A stretch of DNA of 64,000 nucleotides from contig NC_089429.1 in assembly GCF_026210795.1 (NCBI RefSeq), forward strand, positions 7,378,001 to 7,442,000, given 5' to 3'. The position numbers and the translations under genes were made by a program. A model generated the notes under the pieces. That model made no database searches, had not been told where the DNA came from, and saw nothing but the letters and a program-made list of their open reading frames with translations. This DNA comes from Rhizophagus irregularis. Its lineage: Eukaryota. Shown here piece by piece: positions 13,856 through 28,740 of the stretch. Positions within the stretch are counted from its first letter, which is position 1; each line of letters starts with the position of its first letter.

Positions 13856-16800
13856 ATGGAAGAAGCTCATTTGTCACATGATCGGAAAGGAGAAGATGGA
13901 AATTGCTAAATAGACTAATGAGGAGCGCGAGGAACGCTTAGCACGTGATCGAGAAAGGAAGCGTAAAGCGAGAAGAGACCAACGAGGAGCGTGAAGTACG
14001 TTCGGTAGTTGAAGAGAAGTCTTGCGCGTAAGAAATATTCGCTTAGAAGAGCAAAAGAAACTCCAAATCAAATTGCAGTAAGGCTTTCACAAAAGAAGTC
14101 AATTATGCGTCAAAAATATGCATTCCAACTGTTGATGAGAAGCTTTTGCGCCAATTTCGCAATACAATGAACAATCTCAAAAACAACCTAAGTGAAACGT
14201 GCAATGAGCGATTCCCTTCTATTATGCTCATTGGAAAGGAGTGCCGTCGTTGTCATGTTTGAGGATGATCCTAAAACAATATGGGTCCAGGTAGGTATTG
14301 ATTAGTATATTTTCTATATAACTAAATACTTTTATTTTTCTGAGACTTACCGATGTAGAAGAAATACTGATCGGGAAAGTATTCCCTGTCATTTCGGTAT
14401 ACACCCTTCCTGGAGGACAGTATGCATATCGTGGAAATATTATTAATTTTCCACAAGATGCGCAGGAATTCGCGGCACGACTTCTACATGATCCAATAAT
14501 CGTTGGATTCACTTATTGTTCGGCGTCATTCGGCCAGTCAATTCTCTCATGATCTTGTTGCGCTCAATTGAGAATTTCATTAATTGCCCTGTCTTCATTA
14601 AGTCTGTGGGTAATGAAGGAACAAATGTTTGTGAGTTGAAAGAGTTTTCATCATTTTCGTTCTCATCTTCATCGTCCGGTTCTTCTTCAGAACTATTAGT
14701 TCTATTATCCGTGAATTGTGGAAGTTTTCCGCAATCGAACCATTTTCAGGTAAAGTTTGTAATATTCATCATCAATATCGATATCACGATAGAATTTATT
14801 GTTTGCCTTCAGCCAATGAAGAGCTCGCATTACTTTTCCCCGACGAACAAGAAAATCCCAAAAATTTGGATCCATCTTCAGAGCATAACGAAGTTTCTCC
14901 GGTTGAAGAGTTTCATACCCCTGGATATTCTCCTACATTTATCCTTGGAGGGTCATGGACCTTAATGAACCCCGGATAAAAAGAAATAAAACTGTCGGAA
15001 TACTTTAAACATCTTTTAGCCTATAAAGATGGCCAATTTGCTCGTCATCGACGGTGGCGTTACTTTGCCCTAAATTCATTAATGAGACGCAGAGCATCAT
15101 CAGAAGGTCGCGTATTTGTTCGACAAAATTTAGAGAAAGGGCAACTCATAGTACAGGATACTGGATTTAATGCAAAACGATACTCACATAGTAAAGTATT
15201 ACGGTATGATGAAGGATTGCGTGGTACTATTCAATATTGGATACGTCGTAGAGCTGAATTAGATAAGGTCTCAGAGAATGATTTTCTTTGCATTTTGCGC
15301 AGATATGCATTGGCAAGACCGCCGATGTAAAGATCTCATAAATAATCTCCATATTGCTGCATGGTTCTTTGAAAAGCGATTTAAAGTTTTTTTTTTGAGG
15401 AAATGTTAATTCCTAAATGGGAATTAGTTGACTGGTGGTATGGTATCGATTTGAGTGGCAACATAATGGTAGTGTTCATGTTCATGGCATTGTCAAGCGA
15501 AAAGAAGTATCAGGAGTCGATTGGGAAAACATGAAAAATAATGATGAAATAAGATTCTTTAGTTACAACAATCAATCCCGACCTGAATGCACCTCCTTCT
15601 GATCACCACCCATGCCAAAAGCACTCTGAAGACTTTAATGATAATAATGGTTACCTTATTTACCTAGAACTAACAACTACCAGAAATGATCCACTTATAA
15701 ATCCACATGATCGTATTCAATTACAGGGATGGAGGGCAAATGTTGATTTGATACCCATCCTTACCAAGCAGTATGTTTCGAAGTATGCTAGTGAAGCAGA
15801 ACCACGGTCCTTAGCCCTCTCAGAAGTGTTGTACAAAGCTCTTCGTAGTGATAACCCCAATGATCCAGCTGTTAAAGCATTCCAGAAGTTGCTCATTCAC
15901 ACAGTCGGAAGAACGTGATTTTTCGGCGCAAGAAACCTGACATCATCTTCAATTACCGCTCTATCATAGTAGCTGAAATTTTGTTAGTCTAAAACTTAAT
16001 AAAGAGGCGAATCAACAGCTTCGTGATAGTAATGAAATGTTCCAAATAATGAGAACAATGGAATTATGTAGACAGATCCCTCACCTCTACAAAGATATTG
16101 TAATAGACCTGCCGAACTTGAGGAACTTTCATTGTTCAAATTGGATCAGCAATATAAATTAGTAAAAGGCAACTGGGTAGAATGCTCTGGTAAAACATTG
16201 TACGTATTTATCCGCGTCCATCTCCCATTCGAAATGGTTCGTTATAGAGACCTTCTTAACCTCACAGAGAATCACACTCTTTCATGGATTGATTTATATA
16301 ACCAACATCTTGTAGAAATCAATGATGCCCCTAATGATTTAATTGAACCTGCTGTGGATGATATTCAAGAAGTGATGGTAACGATTCTGATGAAGAAGAC
16401 GACTACACACCACAGGAAGCGTATGAACTTCGAACTGACTGGATGTTACTGGCTGAAATGATGCCAAATAGACAGACGCGTAGCTTAGATGACTTAGTGC
16501 CCGCGATATTGATAGAAATCACGATTGGGTTAACGAAAGTTTGCTAAGTTTGCTACGATATCATGAAATTGAAGGGGCAGAAAGCTTCATCCAGCAGACA
16601 ATTGGTAACAACTAGTATCGACCTTAGGACTCTAAGTGAGAAACAAAGGTTAATACGTGAAAGAGTAGAATCCATAGCACCTTTAAGAATTATTGTTATG
16701 GGTACTGCTGGAACCGGCAAATCTTACCTTATTAATGTTATTCAGGGAAGGTTATATGAGATCGCAAAGGAACATAACTTACATGAGAACAATATGGTAG

Positions 16801-17745
16801 TCGCTCCAACAGGTGTTGCGGCTTTAACATTGAAGGCAGCACTATACATTCGTCACTTTCTGTTCCAATATGCGGGGTAAACATTGAGAATCTTTGAAGA
16901 AACTCCAAAGAAAACTAAAATATATAGAATATTTTATAATTGATGAAATGAGTATGGTAGGACGTCGTTTTCTTGCATTATTGATTTACGACTGTGGCAA
17001 ACATTTCCAGATCACTACAATATTCCCTTTGGTAGCCGATCCATAATTCTTGTTGGTGACTTTGGGCAGCTTCCTCCGGTATGTGATATTCCCAGGACTC
17101 TCGAAAATCAGATCAATGGTCGTAGTGCCTATAGTCAACTTCAAGAAATTTATAAACTTGAGGATATGCAAGACAACAGGTAACTCGGATAAACAACAAC
17201 AATTCAGAAACCTGTCATATCACTTACGTGATGGAAGGTCTACACGATCCGAATTCCAGAAAATATTCCTGAATCAGATAAAATAAATTTGAATAAACTT
17301 CGATTATTAAACCAACCCGTTGCCAAGAATCATGCGGTACATACGGGTGGATCTGAAGCTTCTAAGGCCTGCAGAATGCTGCTGGTCTTATAATTGGGGT
17401 AATGGGGACAATAACAGATATTTTATATAAGAGAATCTTTACCTGAGTTTCATTTGACAGTATAACGGTCCAACTCTTAGGAATATAGAAGGGCCTATTG
17501 TTCTATAAGACGTATGTGGGAAGATAAAACCGGAAGTTGCTCTCGCTTGCAATTTCCACTTTCTCTTGCGTGGGCCATCACAGCTCAAATTGCAAGGTCT
17601 GACTTTATCAAAAGCAGTAATAGACCTTGGGAAGAAGGAATTTGTGGCTGGCTTGTCATTTGTAACAATTTTCCGTGTTCGTTCTCTTGATGATATTCTT
17701 TTCAAACTCTTTAGTTTAAACAGACGAGAGCGTAAAAGCGAATAG
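13856..17745 (+). mobile_element. Decayed Helitron-type Rep/helicase (HUH Rep + PIF1 helicase) ORF
   Basis: Frameshifted motifs in order: LPGGQYAYRGNIINFPQD (~14406), RWRYFALNSLMR (~15050), HUH YRFEWQHNGSVHVHGI (15444-15491), YVSKYAS (15772), Walker A GTAGTGKS (16701-16724), APTGVAA, IIDEMSMVG (~16936), LVGDFGQLPPV (~17050), QFPLSLAWAIT and QGLTLSKAVIDLG (~17550-17630). Confidence 0.88.
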
Positions 17746-20700
17746 CGGAAAAAACTAGATTAAGTGGAATATAACGATTTAAATTTTTCTCGTTTTTTTA
17801 ATAACCAAATTTTTTATTTTTGGTTTTTTTCGTTGAAAAAAGATTATCAGAATATCTGTGTTACAAAAAAAAAAGGTTATTAGTGGAAACTGAGGCCCGA
17901 ACAAACTTTTTCTTAAGGATAATACAAATTAAGGATAATACAAATAATTAAAGGCGATGCAAACGTTTTATAGCTGATTTATTCTTTAAAATTCTGAATT
18001 CATATTTTTTTTTGTTAATATTTGCTTCTTCTAAAGATCTTATACAGGTTCGACAAAATTCATGTCAAGTATAGTAATTTAAACTCTGATAATATTATAA
18101 TAGCGGTAAAATCAATTATTCACCGAAGTGAGACTTTATTCATATAATAATCATTTTCATCTTGAAAAAAAAATCGAGGAGGAAGATGAAGAAAATATAA
18201 TTAAAAGAAGATATCATCACCGTCAAATAGACTATCTAAGAGTAAAAGATTCATCACGTGAGATTTGCAAAGAACGTAAAAAGAATTCACCAAAACCCAT
18301 TACAGTTAATAACTCTGATGAAAAGCTTCATATAAATACAGAAACTAAAGAACTGCCAACAAGATCTAGCTTCAATGTTTTAGAAGGACTGTCCTGTTTT
18401 GACTCATCAATAAGCGCATTCCGCCCGCCTAGGTCCCGGCGGTGTTCTTGGAACATCTTCATCTCCCGAAGTTTTCAAGACCAAAGTGTATTGATTAATT
18501 TTCAATTTTTGAATTGATGGTTATTTTTCCTTTGTAATTCTTTGAAAGCTTTGATCACAACATAATCAAAACGGTCAAACGGTCTGTTTTTTGACATTTC
18601 TTCACTTATTTAAGAAGACATTGTTCTTTTATGCGCCTTGGAACTCTTGAATATCCTAACAAAAGAGAAAGAAGTCATTCATCTATTAGTAAATAATTTT
18701 TTATCAAATTACCATGAAAGACGACATTTCAAAAGAAAAAGAAGTCATTGATAATAAATAATTTTTTATCATAAATTACCTCGTTGCTTTTGGAGAACAC
18801 GGAAGCGTGTTTGGAAATTGCGCGCACCAAAACGTTCACGACGTGCCCAAGAAAATCTTGAGCAAAATGATTCTTCTATTTTAACTTTGTGCAAGCATTT
18901 ATTGACGAAAAACCGGAAATTAAATCCTTGGTTCTCGCAGCAGCTGCTGCAAAAAGCAAGAAAAAAGAATCATGAAAGCACAACGCGCGAAAGGAAAGGT
19001 GTGCTTTAATATGAAAAATTTTTTTCGAAAAAGTTTTAAAGTTTAACCACTGTTAGATCTGTTAGATCAAGACCTCTATTTATATACAAAATTGCAAGTT
19101 ACTGAATTAGGATCGTGTTTCGTGTTTTGTTGTGAACGTGTATAACGTTACTGAATTAGGTGAAGAATTTTAGATTGGTTTGATTCGTAAATGTAAAAGG
19201 AAAAACACGTAACTGACTTTAACCCACGTGTAATACTTTAATACTTTGTAGCCGTGAATTAGCAAAATTCAAAATTCATTAGACGTGACGCGCGTGACGC
19301 GTATGCAACTTTTTTTTAACCTTCTGTAAAATTTCCACTTTCACTCAAAAGATGACAAAAAAAACGAAGTATAGTACTAAACGTTAGAAATAATATTAAT
19401 AAAAAATTCAATAGATTTAAATCATTAAATTAGTAATTATGTACAACTTTAATAAAAATTATCCAGATATCAGATATCGTAATTGTTGCGCCACTACTAT
19501 AATGGTGGATTTAAATTTATCATATTTAATCATCGGGATATCCGGGTTACCCGGTCACGAAAATTAAATCCTTTCAAAGAATTTTCGGCCTTTTTTTTAT
19601 TTCTTGTTGATATTCACGCATTGACATTATCATATGGTCGGCTTTTTGTTTTTCTCAGAAGCAGAAAAGCCTTTAACAAGGTAAAAATTCAAGAATTCTT
19701 AGTTGTGAAATAGTTTTTCTCCCCAATTTTATCTCGCAATCTCTTTGTATTACAATATAGATTAAAGAATATAGGAAACAATTGAGAAATCTAGACCCCT
19801 AATCAAACCATTTTCAACCATAAATCAAATAAACAAACTGGTTGAGAACAATCAAGCCATTTTAATTTTTAAAGGAAAATAGGGATGCGTCCATATTTTC
19901 AACCTATCGGTTATTCAGACTGCAAAAAACCTGAATTGATTCTTCTGAGTTGATCCCTGAGTCGAAATAGAATATTTACGGGATGAAAAATTAATGTTTC
20001 AAAATGGAACAATAGACCTTTTCTTTTTGAAAAGATTGATGATATACAGTAAATATTTACTAAAAATAGATCAAAATTTAAACCTAATAATTTTTATGCC
20101 TAATAACTAATTATCCAAGGTTTTACACAAATAAAAAATGAAACGAAGGGAGCATACCCGGCCTGTTATATAAATAATCAATTAAATTTTTTATATATTT
20201 ATTCATTGTTCCTGAATTCAGTTTTTGTACAATAACTTTGACAATAAATGATGCAGATCGTACGAACGACTTTCGCATTGACTATTGAGGGTAAATGGAC
20301 AAGGAAATTCGACGATTAGATTAGGTTTATTAGGTTTGTATTTTCAGGTTTTAAAGTGAATAAGGAATGTTAGTTTTTGAGTATGTCATGATGAAATTAT
20401 ATTTAAAATTTTCGTGTAGGATAATTATCGGTTTAATTTTTGGACAACAAACATTAATTGGGTTAAGCCAATAGTTTTATAAGATGGCGCAGTTGATATT
20501 TAATATATTTTAATTACGATAATGTCACAGCAATGGATAAGAACGTCACATTCATTACATTTTATAATAAAATCATATTAATATTTATTTGATTGATAGT
20601 TTATTTTTACATATAAAAAAGTGAAATAATTATTTTTTGTTTAATTAATAAACTTATTTTTGGGAAAAGTGAAACGAAAACGGAAAAGAATGAAGCAGAT

Positions 20701-20808
20701 TACTTCGTATACTATAGATTGCAAAATATTAAATTAGTTGAGAGTTGTAATTTGGATAAATTCATTTTAATTAATTCATCTTAACTAACCATAATTTTTT
20801 TTTTTTTC

Positions 20809-20972
20809 GGTTTTGATGGGCGGTTTTGATGGCGGTTTTGAGGACGATTAGGATGGATTTGAGGCCGGTAAGGACGGTTAGGGTGGTTAGGATGGTTAGG
20901 ATGGCGGTTTTAGGATGGTTTTGGAGGACGGTTTTGGAGGAGGTTTTGGAGGACGGTTTTGATGGTTTTGGG
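20809..20972. repeat. G-rich degenerate 9-12 bp tandem repeat (GACGGTTTT / GATGGTTAG-like)
   Basis: Repeated GGTTTTG/GGATGGTT units flanked by poly-T tracts. Confidence 0.75.
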
Positions 20973-23289
20973 GAAATAATTTTTTTTTTTGTTAATGAAA
21001 TAAAATCATAATTAATATCTTAAGTTTTTTAGAATATCTTTTCATATTCTTGTTTTTTGACCAGGACTGTTTTATGATTGCTTTTATATTTAATTTAAAC
21101 CTTGCGCAGCAAATGAAACGAATAAGGATACATATTACAAATCAAAAAAAACTTAATCAAAAAGAAGAACAACGCGTAATAACATGCATGAAAATGATTA
21201 AATGATTTCAAATCGCGGAAAATTGCAGACGGAAATAAATTATAAATATTATAAATAAAGAAATATCGCGCCATTTCAACATCTTTGTGTAAATCATGAG
21301 ATGAAACAACTAAGAAAAACAAATATGAAATCATTTATCCTGTAATCTAAATTAATCGAAATAATAACGCCCTCTATGTTCCTTTCAAAGAAAGATAATC
21401 GTGTGTTTAATTTCATACATAATTATTGTTTGAATGATAAGGATGGATACGAAGATACGGAAATAATTAACGTAAAAAAAGTAAAATATTTTAAAAGTAT
21501 ACTGTATAATGAATGAATGAATTATCGTAAAATTTATTCAAGATGAATATAAATGAATATAATTAAATAATCAATTAATTTATAAAAATAAATATATATA
21601 TACAAATTTTTAATTTATAAAACAAAAAATTACGTGGCTGATAATTATTATCTTACTAAACCATATTTGGAATCCTTTGCAGATCCTGAGTAGGGTTAAA
21701 TTTCCTACCAAATATTTATATTGATCAGCGATCCTTTTGGTTATTCCACGAATTAACGAATTACTAAAATGAAAACCTTGAACAAAGGACATGATGATTT
21801 GAAACATCATAAGCATATGATAAAAGTTTTAAACCTTACCGAAAAAGTCAATATATTGTCATTTGATTAATAATTATATATGCAAATTAAATCATGAATT
21901 ATCGAAAAGTTCAATCATATAGGTTAATAATTATATAGGTATACTAAATGGATTACCTAAAATAGCTGATCTTTAACCAATAATTTACGCCATTGAATTA
22001 GTTTATTGATTGATTTAATTTCGGCGATATGTTTCTATTATTTTTAAAATTTTTTAGCCGTTTCAAAAATTGATTTCATTGATTAACTTAATTTTTAAAA
22101 AAAATGGGAAATAATTAAATAATTATTCAGGGATTAAATATTTAAGGTTCATAATATAATACTATCAGTTATAGTTTCGTTATTTTATTTCATATATGCA
22201 AGTTCCCCCTGAATTACAAGTTTATTAAGTTGTAAATAAATTTGTAATAATGAATTTTTGATTTGCAATTTTTGAATTTTTCATTTTATAATACAAATTC
22301 GTAATGACGAAATGTGTGATCACAACTGCGCCGCTGCCGCCGCATGACTAAATTTTAATTTGGCACGTGACTAATGGTCCAAGTTTCATTTAGACCACTT
22401 GCCATCTTGCCATCACTAGTGGAAATTGCAAAGAGTATGATGACAAAACTTGCCTTATAAATAAAATAAATAAATGATAATAATTAAATATGGTTTTGGT
22501 ACGAAATCTCGAAAATTATTTGAACGATATAATGACTTGTGGGAGTTTGGGATTGTCGAGATTTTGATCGGATACCATTAAATGGATTAAATATATCGCA
22601 AAAGCTTTAATTTCTGTTATTTTTGTTAATTTTCTTTTTAAATCAAAGGCAGTATTGTTTTTATAATCAAAATGCAATGAGCCTTTTCTACGATCATGTA
22701 TATGCGACAAATAACCATCACACCTTTCAGGCAATCAAAAGCCTTTACAGTTTACACCACACATTATCTGTTAGAAGTATATTGTATATGAATAATAAAC
22801 ATTTTAAAATGCTTTTTTATATCAAACAAACAATTTTTTTTAAGCACTACGATAAGTTTATTTCCTAGTAAAATGTATAAAATAAAAAATAAAAAATGAA
22901 AAATATTGGAAAAAAAACAATAAAAAAAAAGTGGAACAATTCGTCTAAACAAAAAAAAAAACTGAAGAGAAGGAATAAGTTTGCAAGATATATAAGGTAG
23001 ATTAACAAATACACATACCGAAAAGAATTTAGAAAAAAAAAATAATCAAAGAAAGAACCGAACATAATAATGAAAAAAAAGGGTTTTACGAAAAAAAAAC
23101 ACCAAGATTTTTACGAAAAAAAATGCAAGAACGAAATGTATTAAAAAAAATCGAATAGAAATATATCAAAAGGACAGTGATATACAGTACAGCAATGTTC
23201 ACGTACTGTAAGCCCACCTACCCACCCCACTGCCCTTTATTAGATCGGTTAAAGGTTGGAACAAATGATTTCTTACTGGTATTTTTGCA

Positions 23290-23700
23290 CTTTATGCAGA
23301 AAGATTACGATCGCCGTGACATTTTCCGAATTCTCTCCCAATTATTTTATCTTATCGATAAAATCTCTCTCGTAGACTTAACTGTTCGTGACACATTAGT
23401 AAAAATGGAGAAACTTATTTATTTTCATTTCTCTTTTTAAATATATACTAAAAGATGTATATTATTTACTTACGATGTGGATCGAGAACATTCCTCCAGC
23501 TAAATTAAAAAGAATATTAAAGTCAAATTGCCTTTTTTTTACGACTTTATTTATTAAATTAAAAATTACCGATCATTTATCTGCTGAAAAATTTGGTTAT
23601 CCAAAAGCTACCACCATTTTGCTGTGTTCCGGAATCTTTTTCAAAACAAGTCAGACCGGTGTCATAATTTCTTCATCGAAATTAACAATAATTGCATCAA
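23290..23700 (-). pseudogene. Possible decayed Myb-like gene fragment
   Basis: Splicing the short exons at ~23700-23570, 23499-23473 and from ~23380 gives QQINDRWRNVLDPHL, resembling the Myb recognition helix (RDRWxNxLDP); the surrounding frames are broken. Confidence 0.35.
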
Positions 23701-26399
23701 CTTATAAGATAAAAACCAAAACATGTTTTTTAATAATTGATAAATAAAAGGTAATATATATCGTTATTAATAGTTAATGTTGTTAGTGGTATTTTTTTTT
23801 TTTAATAAAATATTTGATCCTTTATTTTTTTTAAAAAAAATATTTCATAAAAAAACCCACCTATTTATTTAATAAAAAAACTTTTTTGGCGTATTCATAG
23901 ATTTTTTTTTCTTTTGTTCTTTTGTTCTCTTTTTTTTTTTGATTATCGGACTTACATTCCGAATTCTATATCGAATGAGAGAAAAGGGGGCCAAATCAAT
24001 CTAAAAAAAGAAAAATTTTCTTTGTCCTTGATATGTACGTACGTTAAGTTATATTTACTATACGTGTAATCAAAGTTTTTGAATATTATAAATTTTAAAT
24101 TCTTTTAATAATTTATCACAATTATCTGCAGTAATATTTGTCGCAAATAGAACTTACATAAACTTCAATATTCTGATTGAAGGATTAAGGCTAATGAATC
24201 AAACGAATTTGGTGAATCTATAATTCGAAAATGGGAGAATGCATCATAAGACGGATTTTTTAATGATTTACAAATCAAGACTCTACGCTTTCATTATTTT
24301 TGCGCAGTGCATAATCAGCAATACTGTGATTGGTTGATTGATGGTAGCTGAATAAATTTGGACTCGACGCGTTCCCTTTTTGGAAAAAATTTACATGATT
24401 GTATAATTTAAAAGAAGGGATGTTATTGTTTTGGATCAGGGACTACTTTAATTTAATAAATATAAGTTTATTGATTGCACATTATAAGTAAATTTTGAAT
24501 GCAGTAGCACCCGAGCTTGTAAGAAATGACTGGTTCTTTTTCCTCCGGAATCCGAAAAGTACAAGTTTGATTAATTAACCGCATTTGTTATCAATCATTG
24601 TTTCAAATCACCCCATACTGTATATTAATAATTTAGTTTATGGAAAAAAAAAAATAATTTTTTATTTTTATTCCATTTTTGTTTTACCGAAATCCGGATT
24701 CCGGAAAATGCATTTTAATACATGAGTAAGCGCATTGTTATTTATCATATTTCAAATCATTCGATGCATCAGTTGACTTTCTTGTATACTTAAAAATTTT
24801 GTACTTTTGTAAAAAGAAAATTATTTTTATCGATCGAAAATTTCAACACGATTTATTGCAGCGGATTTTGGAATTTTCAAGGTAAAAAAAAAAAAGGTGA
24901 TTTATTATGATTTAATTACTAAAATACATTTTATTCAAAATTTCAAATTACTCTAACAAGAATATATATATTTCTTTTTAAAGTTATAAATATGTTATTA
25001 GAAAATTTTTTTTTTCTTTGATAGGTACAGATTTATTAGATAGCGCATTTGTTTTGATCAATTGATCAAATGATGATAAAAAAAAATTATCGTATCTCTT
25101 TACTGTATAATTTATATTATTGATAAAGATAAATGTTCATTGTTTATATATTTATATTTTTATATAATTTATTTTGTCATGATATTAATAATACAGTCTG
25201 GGATTTTACCATAAATGGAATCATTTTTAAGCATTTTGATTGGTAGTGATCTTACCATTTTTGTATATGCCGATCAAAGAATGTTGATCAGAATATTCTA
25301 TGACTGACATCGCTACATTGATCGTTCGAAATGATAAAACTTAGATAATTTTATTATTTTGAAAAATATATTTTTCGCCTAAACTACATCTATATCATCT
25401 AATTCACTATCTATACTCTGCAAATTTCGTACCTCTTGTAATATGGCTAGCAATTCACTTTTCTTTTTAGATCCTATTCCATGGCACTGCTTGCGAATAC
25501 TTTCACTCATTTGTTCTAAAAGAGATTCTACTTTATGCAAAATATCTATTCGTATTATGTTGAATTCATCCGCCTACACCATTGCTTCTTGTTGAGTTAT
25601 TGGAATAAGCAGAAATGAAAGAACTGAACTTTTTTTTGTAAAACACTTCAATAATATATTCTTGTCGTGCCTTTTTTGCTAAATTAATACTAAAATTTTT
25701 CTTAATTTACTCTCTCCACCTAGACTTTTAAAATCTGTTTTTGTCTCCATTGGATTAAGAAAATTAAGTTTTCTTAAATAAACCCAAAATCTTTGACATT
25801 CTGTAATTGATTCAGGATAAAAGTATGATAAAGAAGGAGACATGTTGCCATACTTGTGATGGTTTGTCTCACATTTTCTCAAACCTTTTCGCTCATATGT
25901 GATTACTAAATTTGCGAAAAAGGCAGCTCTTTAGCATATGATTTTTCGCACATTATCACTACAATAAAATTAAGAAAAAAGTTAAATTAAAAATAAAAAA
26001 AAATGACAATGAAACTCAAAAAAAAAGCATTTAAAATGAAATTATGTCATTTTATAGTCATTTTATGGTCTTCATACCTTTTTGAAAGAGAGTTGATTAT
26101 GAAAAAATATTCACTGATTATGAAAATACATACCTTTTATGACGTATTTTTATAATTACGTTTTGCAGTTTCAAAGAATATATCGTGAGAAATTCTTTCA
26201 CCAAATCACGTTAATATGACAGGGATTAACCAATTAAAATGTTGGTGTAATTGCCGATCATTCTAGAATCATTCCAGAACGTGATCCGTTACACAATCCA
26301 ATTTTGGAAATATCCCGGACTGTAATAAGGGGAGGAGATGGTAAAAAAGATTAAGATTACCGTTAAAATCTACCGATTCGGGCTCAACTTATTGCATCA

Positions 26400-26710
26400 A
26401 TATCAAACGACCACAAACATATGAATATTACCAACCACAACTATCCTCAACGCAACCACAATTACACTCGTATATGAACAATATGACCAACCACAACCGC
26501 AACCGCTATCACAACTATTATCACAACCGCAGCAGCTGCAACAACTACAACCGCAACAGCCGCAACAGCAATCGCAACCTCATCTACTATCATATCCACT
26601 ACTGATATACACCAACTGCAACCACAACAAGAAGAATTCTTGCAATCATATATATCAGAAGATGAACTTCAGCTGCAGTCAAGTGAACATGAACAACCGC
26701 AGTTACCAAT
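26400..26710 (+). repeat. CAA/CCA-rich low-complexity region (Gln/Pro-rich coding relic)
   Basis: Repeated CAACCGCA/CAACCACA units. Confidence 0.55.
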
Positions 26711-27344
26711 ATCATATGACTTTTGTTTTTATTAAGCTTTCTTATCTTTAGTATCCGAATAATTTTTTTTATCTCAAGATTTTATATCATAAGATTAATT
26801 GTAAAGAAAAAAATCAATAAAAATTATAATATAACAATAACAATCTTATTGTCCAAAAGTATTTTATAATGTTGGCAAATACCCAAGAGGCACGAGAATT
26901 ACCAGCTGCTTCAGTGATACAAGCATAGTTTCCATAATAAATCTTGTGAAACATGATTTTATGATATCGCTCACAGATTTTCATTTCTCATTTGCGATTT
27001 TCTCACTGTGATTATCTCATTGATTCTTGTGAATTTCTCTTTTCAATTTTTCTAATTTGCTACCAAACGTATTCATCAAGAAACAAATGTCTGCATACAC
27101 TCAAGCACGTCACATCAAATACTTTTTATTATTTATTCACACTATTGAAACGTGTATACTGTAATTCTTGCAATTTCACTAAAGTACCCGCAAAACAAAC
27201 TACCCACTTTTATAGTGCCTGTACCAACAATTATGATACAGATAATACAGAATTTGCCATTGTCGGAGGTCGTTATGTAAAGTATATCATTTTAATAAAA
27301 AAATTGTAACGTCCCTTAGTAACCTTATTAGCTATTTTCTATAT

Positions 27345-28740
27345 TGAGCTATAAGCAACATTATTTGATATGAAGTCAATTGAAGAAGTAAGTATTATTA
27401 TTGTCTTTTTGTTTTTAATTATTTATAATTTATGAACTAAATATGTCATCTGATAAACTTCGAAGACTTAATTATGGAAGGCTTTATTTTTTACTGGAAT
27501 TTGTTGAGTCTTCAAATCATGATGATTATTTTTACATTCGAAAGCTTAATGATATTCAATTATTAGAATCACCATTTGATAATAAATTTATCAAATTAAA
27601 TGAGGAAATAATAAATAATTTACAACCTTTATTAAAAAAATGGAACATCAAGAAGGATATTATTTAACAAATATTTTAACGGGTGAATGCATTTGTTTTA
27701 TATTTGGAATGGGCCATTCCGAGATGTCTGTAAACATGTTCATGCAGCACGTCGAAATGCTAATCTACATTCAGATAAGGAATTATTTTCTAGACAAGTA
27801 AAAGAAGATCTTGTTACTTATTTTAAAAACAAAGAAAGAGTAATTCCTGCTGAAAATAAAAATAGATTAATATATGAAGGAGATATTGATGTAGCATATA
27901 ATAAAATAATCAGACTCTATTATTTACAAGGTAAAGAATTTTTTTTTTAAAAAAAAATATTTTAATTTTATATTTTAATCTGATGATTATGTTGTATTCA
28001 TTAAAAATTTAGGAGGATCAGTATTTTCACCAAAAGACAATATTTCTGAACGTAATTCAGATCATTTTAGACCACCAGAATTGTGAAATATAAAACTAAT
28101 AAAGGAGCACCGCCAAAAGCTGTAGCGAAAACCACGTAAACCATCACGGATTTTTCGAACCCTTCAATCAAATTCTCAAAATGAAACTAATACATTTGCT
28201 TCGGAAAAAAGAAATACTAAAAGAACAAGAAAGAATCTCCGAAATACAAAAGTATATTTCAGTTATTTATTTTACAGTAATTTATTATTTATATAAATAA
28301 ATTATACTTTATTTAGGAATCAACCAAAGAAGAAATTGCTTATAATTCTACAAAAACTCAATCTTATCATGATGCAAGCAATTTAATTCATAATGAAAAT
28401 TCTAGTATTGTATCTATTTACTCTAATACGAATTTTCAACATGAATTATATCCTTCCACTAATATTTCACAACCCTTACACGATTCACGATTCACATATT
28501 TTTCTCCTAACAGCTTTTCTTATATTCCTTCTTCTATAATACTTTGCAGTCTTTCCCTAATAACAATCAACCTTTGTATAATCCTTATATACACCAACTG
28601 CTAACTCACTCTTCAGACTCATTGCCTACAGATTTACAATCACACGAGTCACTTAATATGTTAAATTCACCTTTTTTTTACATAACTTACCTAATTTCTA
28701 ATATGTTTGGCTCCACATTACAAAGTTATTTGAATAAATA
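27345..28740 (+). pseudogene. Decayed SWIM zinc-finger protein, probably the C-terminus of a MULE transposase
   Basis: TGECIC[frameshift]YIWNGPFRDVCKHVH at ~27679-27745 matches the SWIM CxC...CxH pattern; introns at ~27931-28012 and ~28252-28317; stops and frameshifts. Confidence 0.55.

Noticed and set aside
14516..14965. 149-aa Ser-rich ORF as an independent gene
   Set aside because: Lies inside the decayed Helitron ORF; likely an off-frame or rearranged segment.
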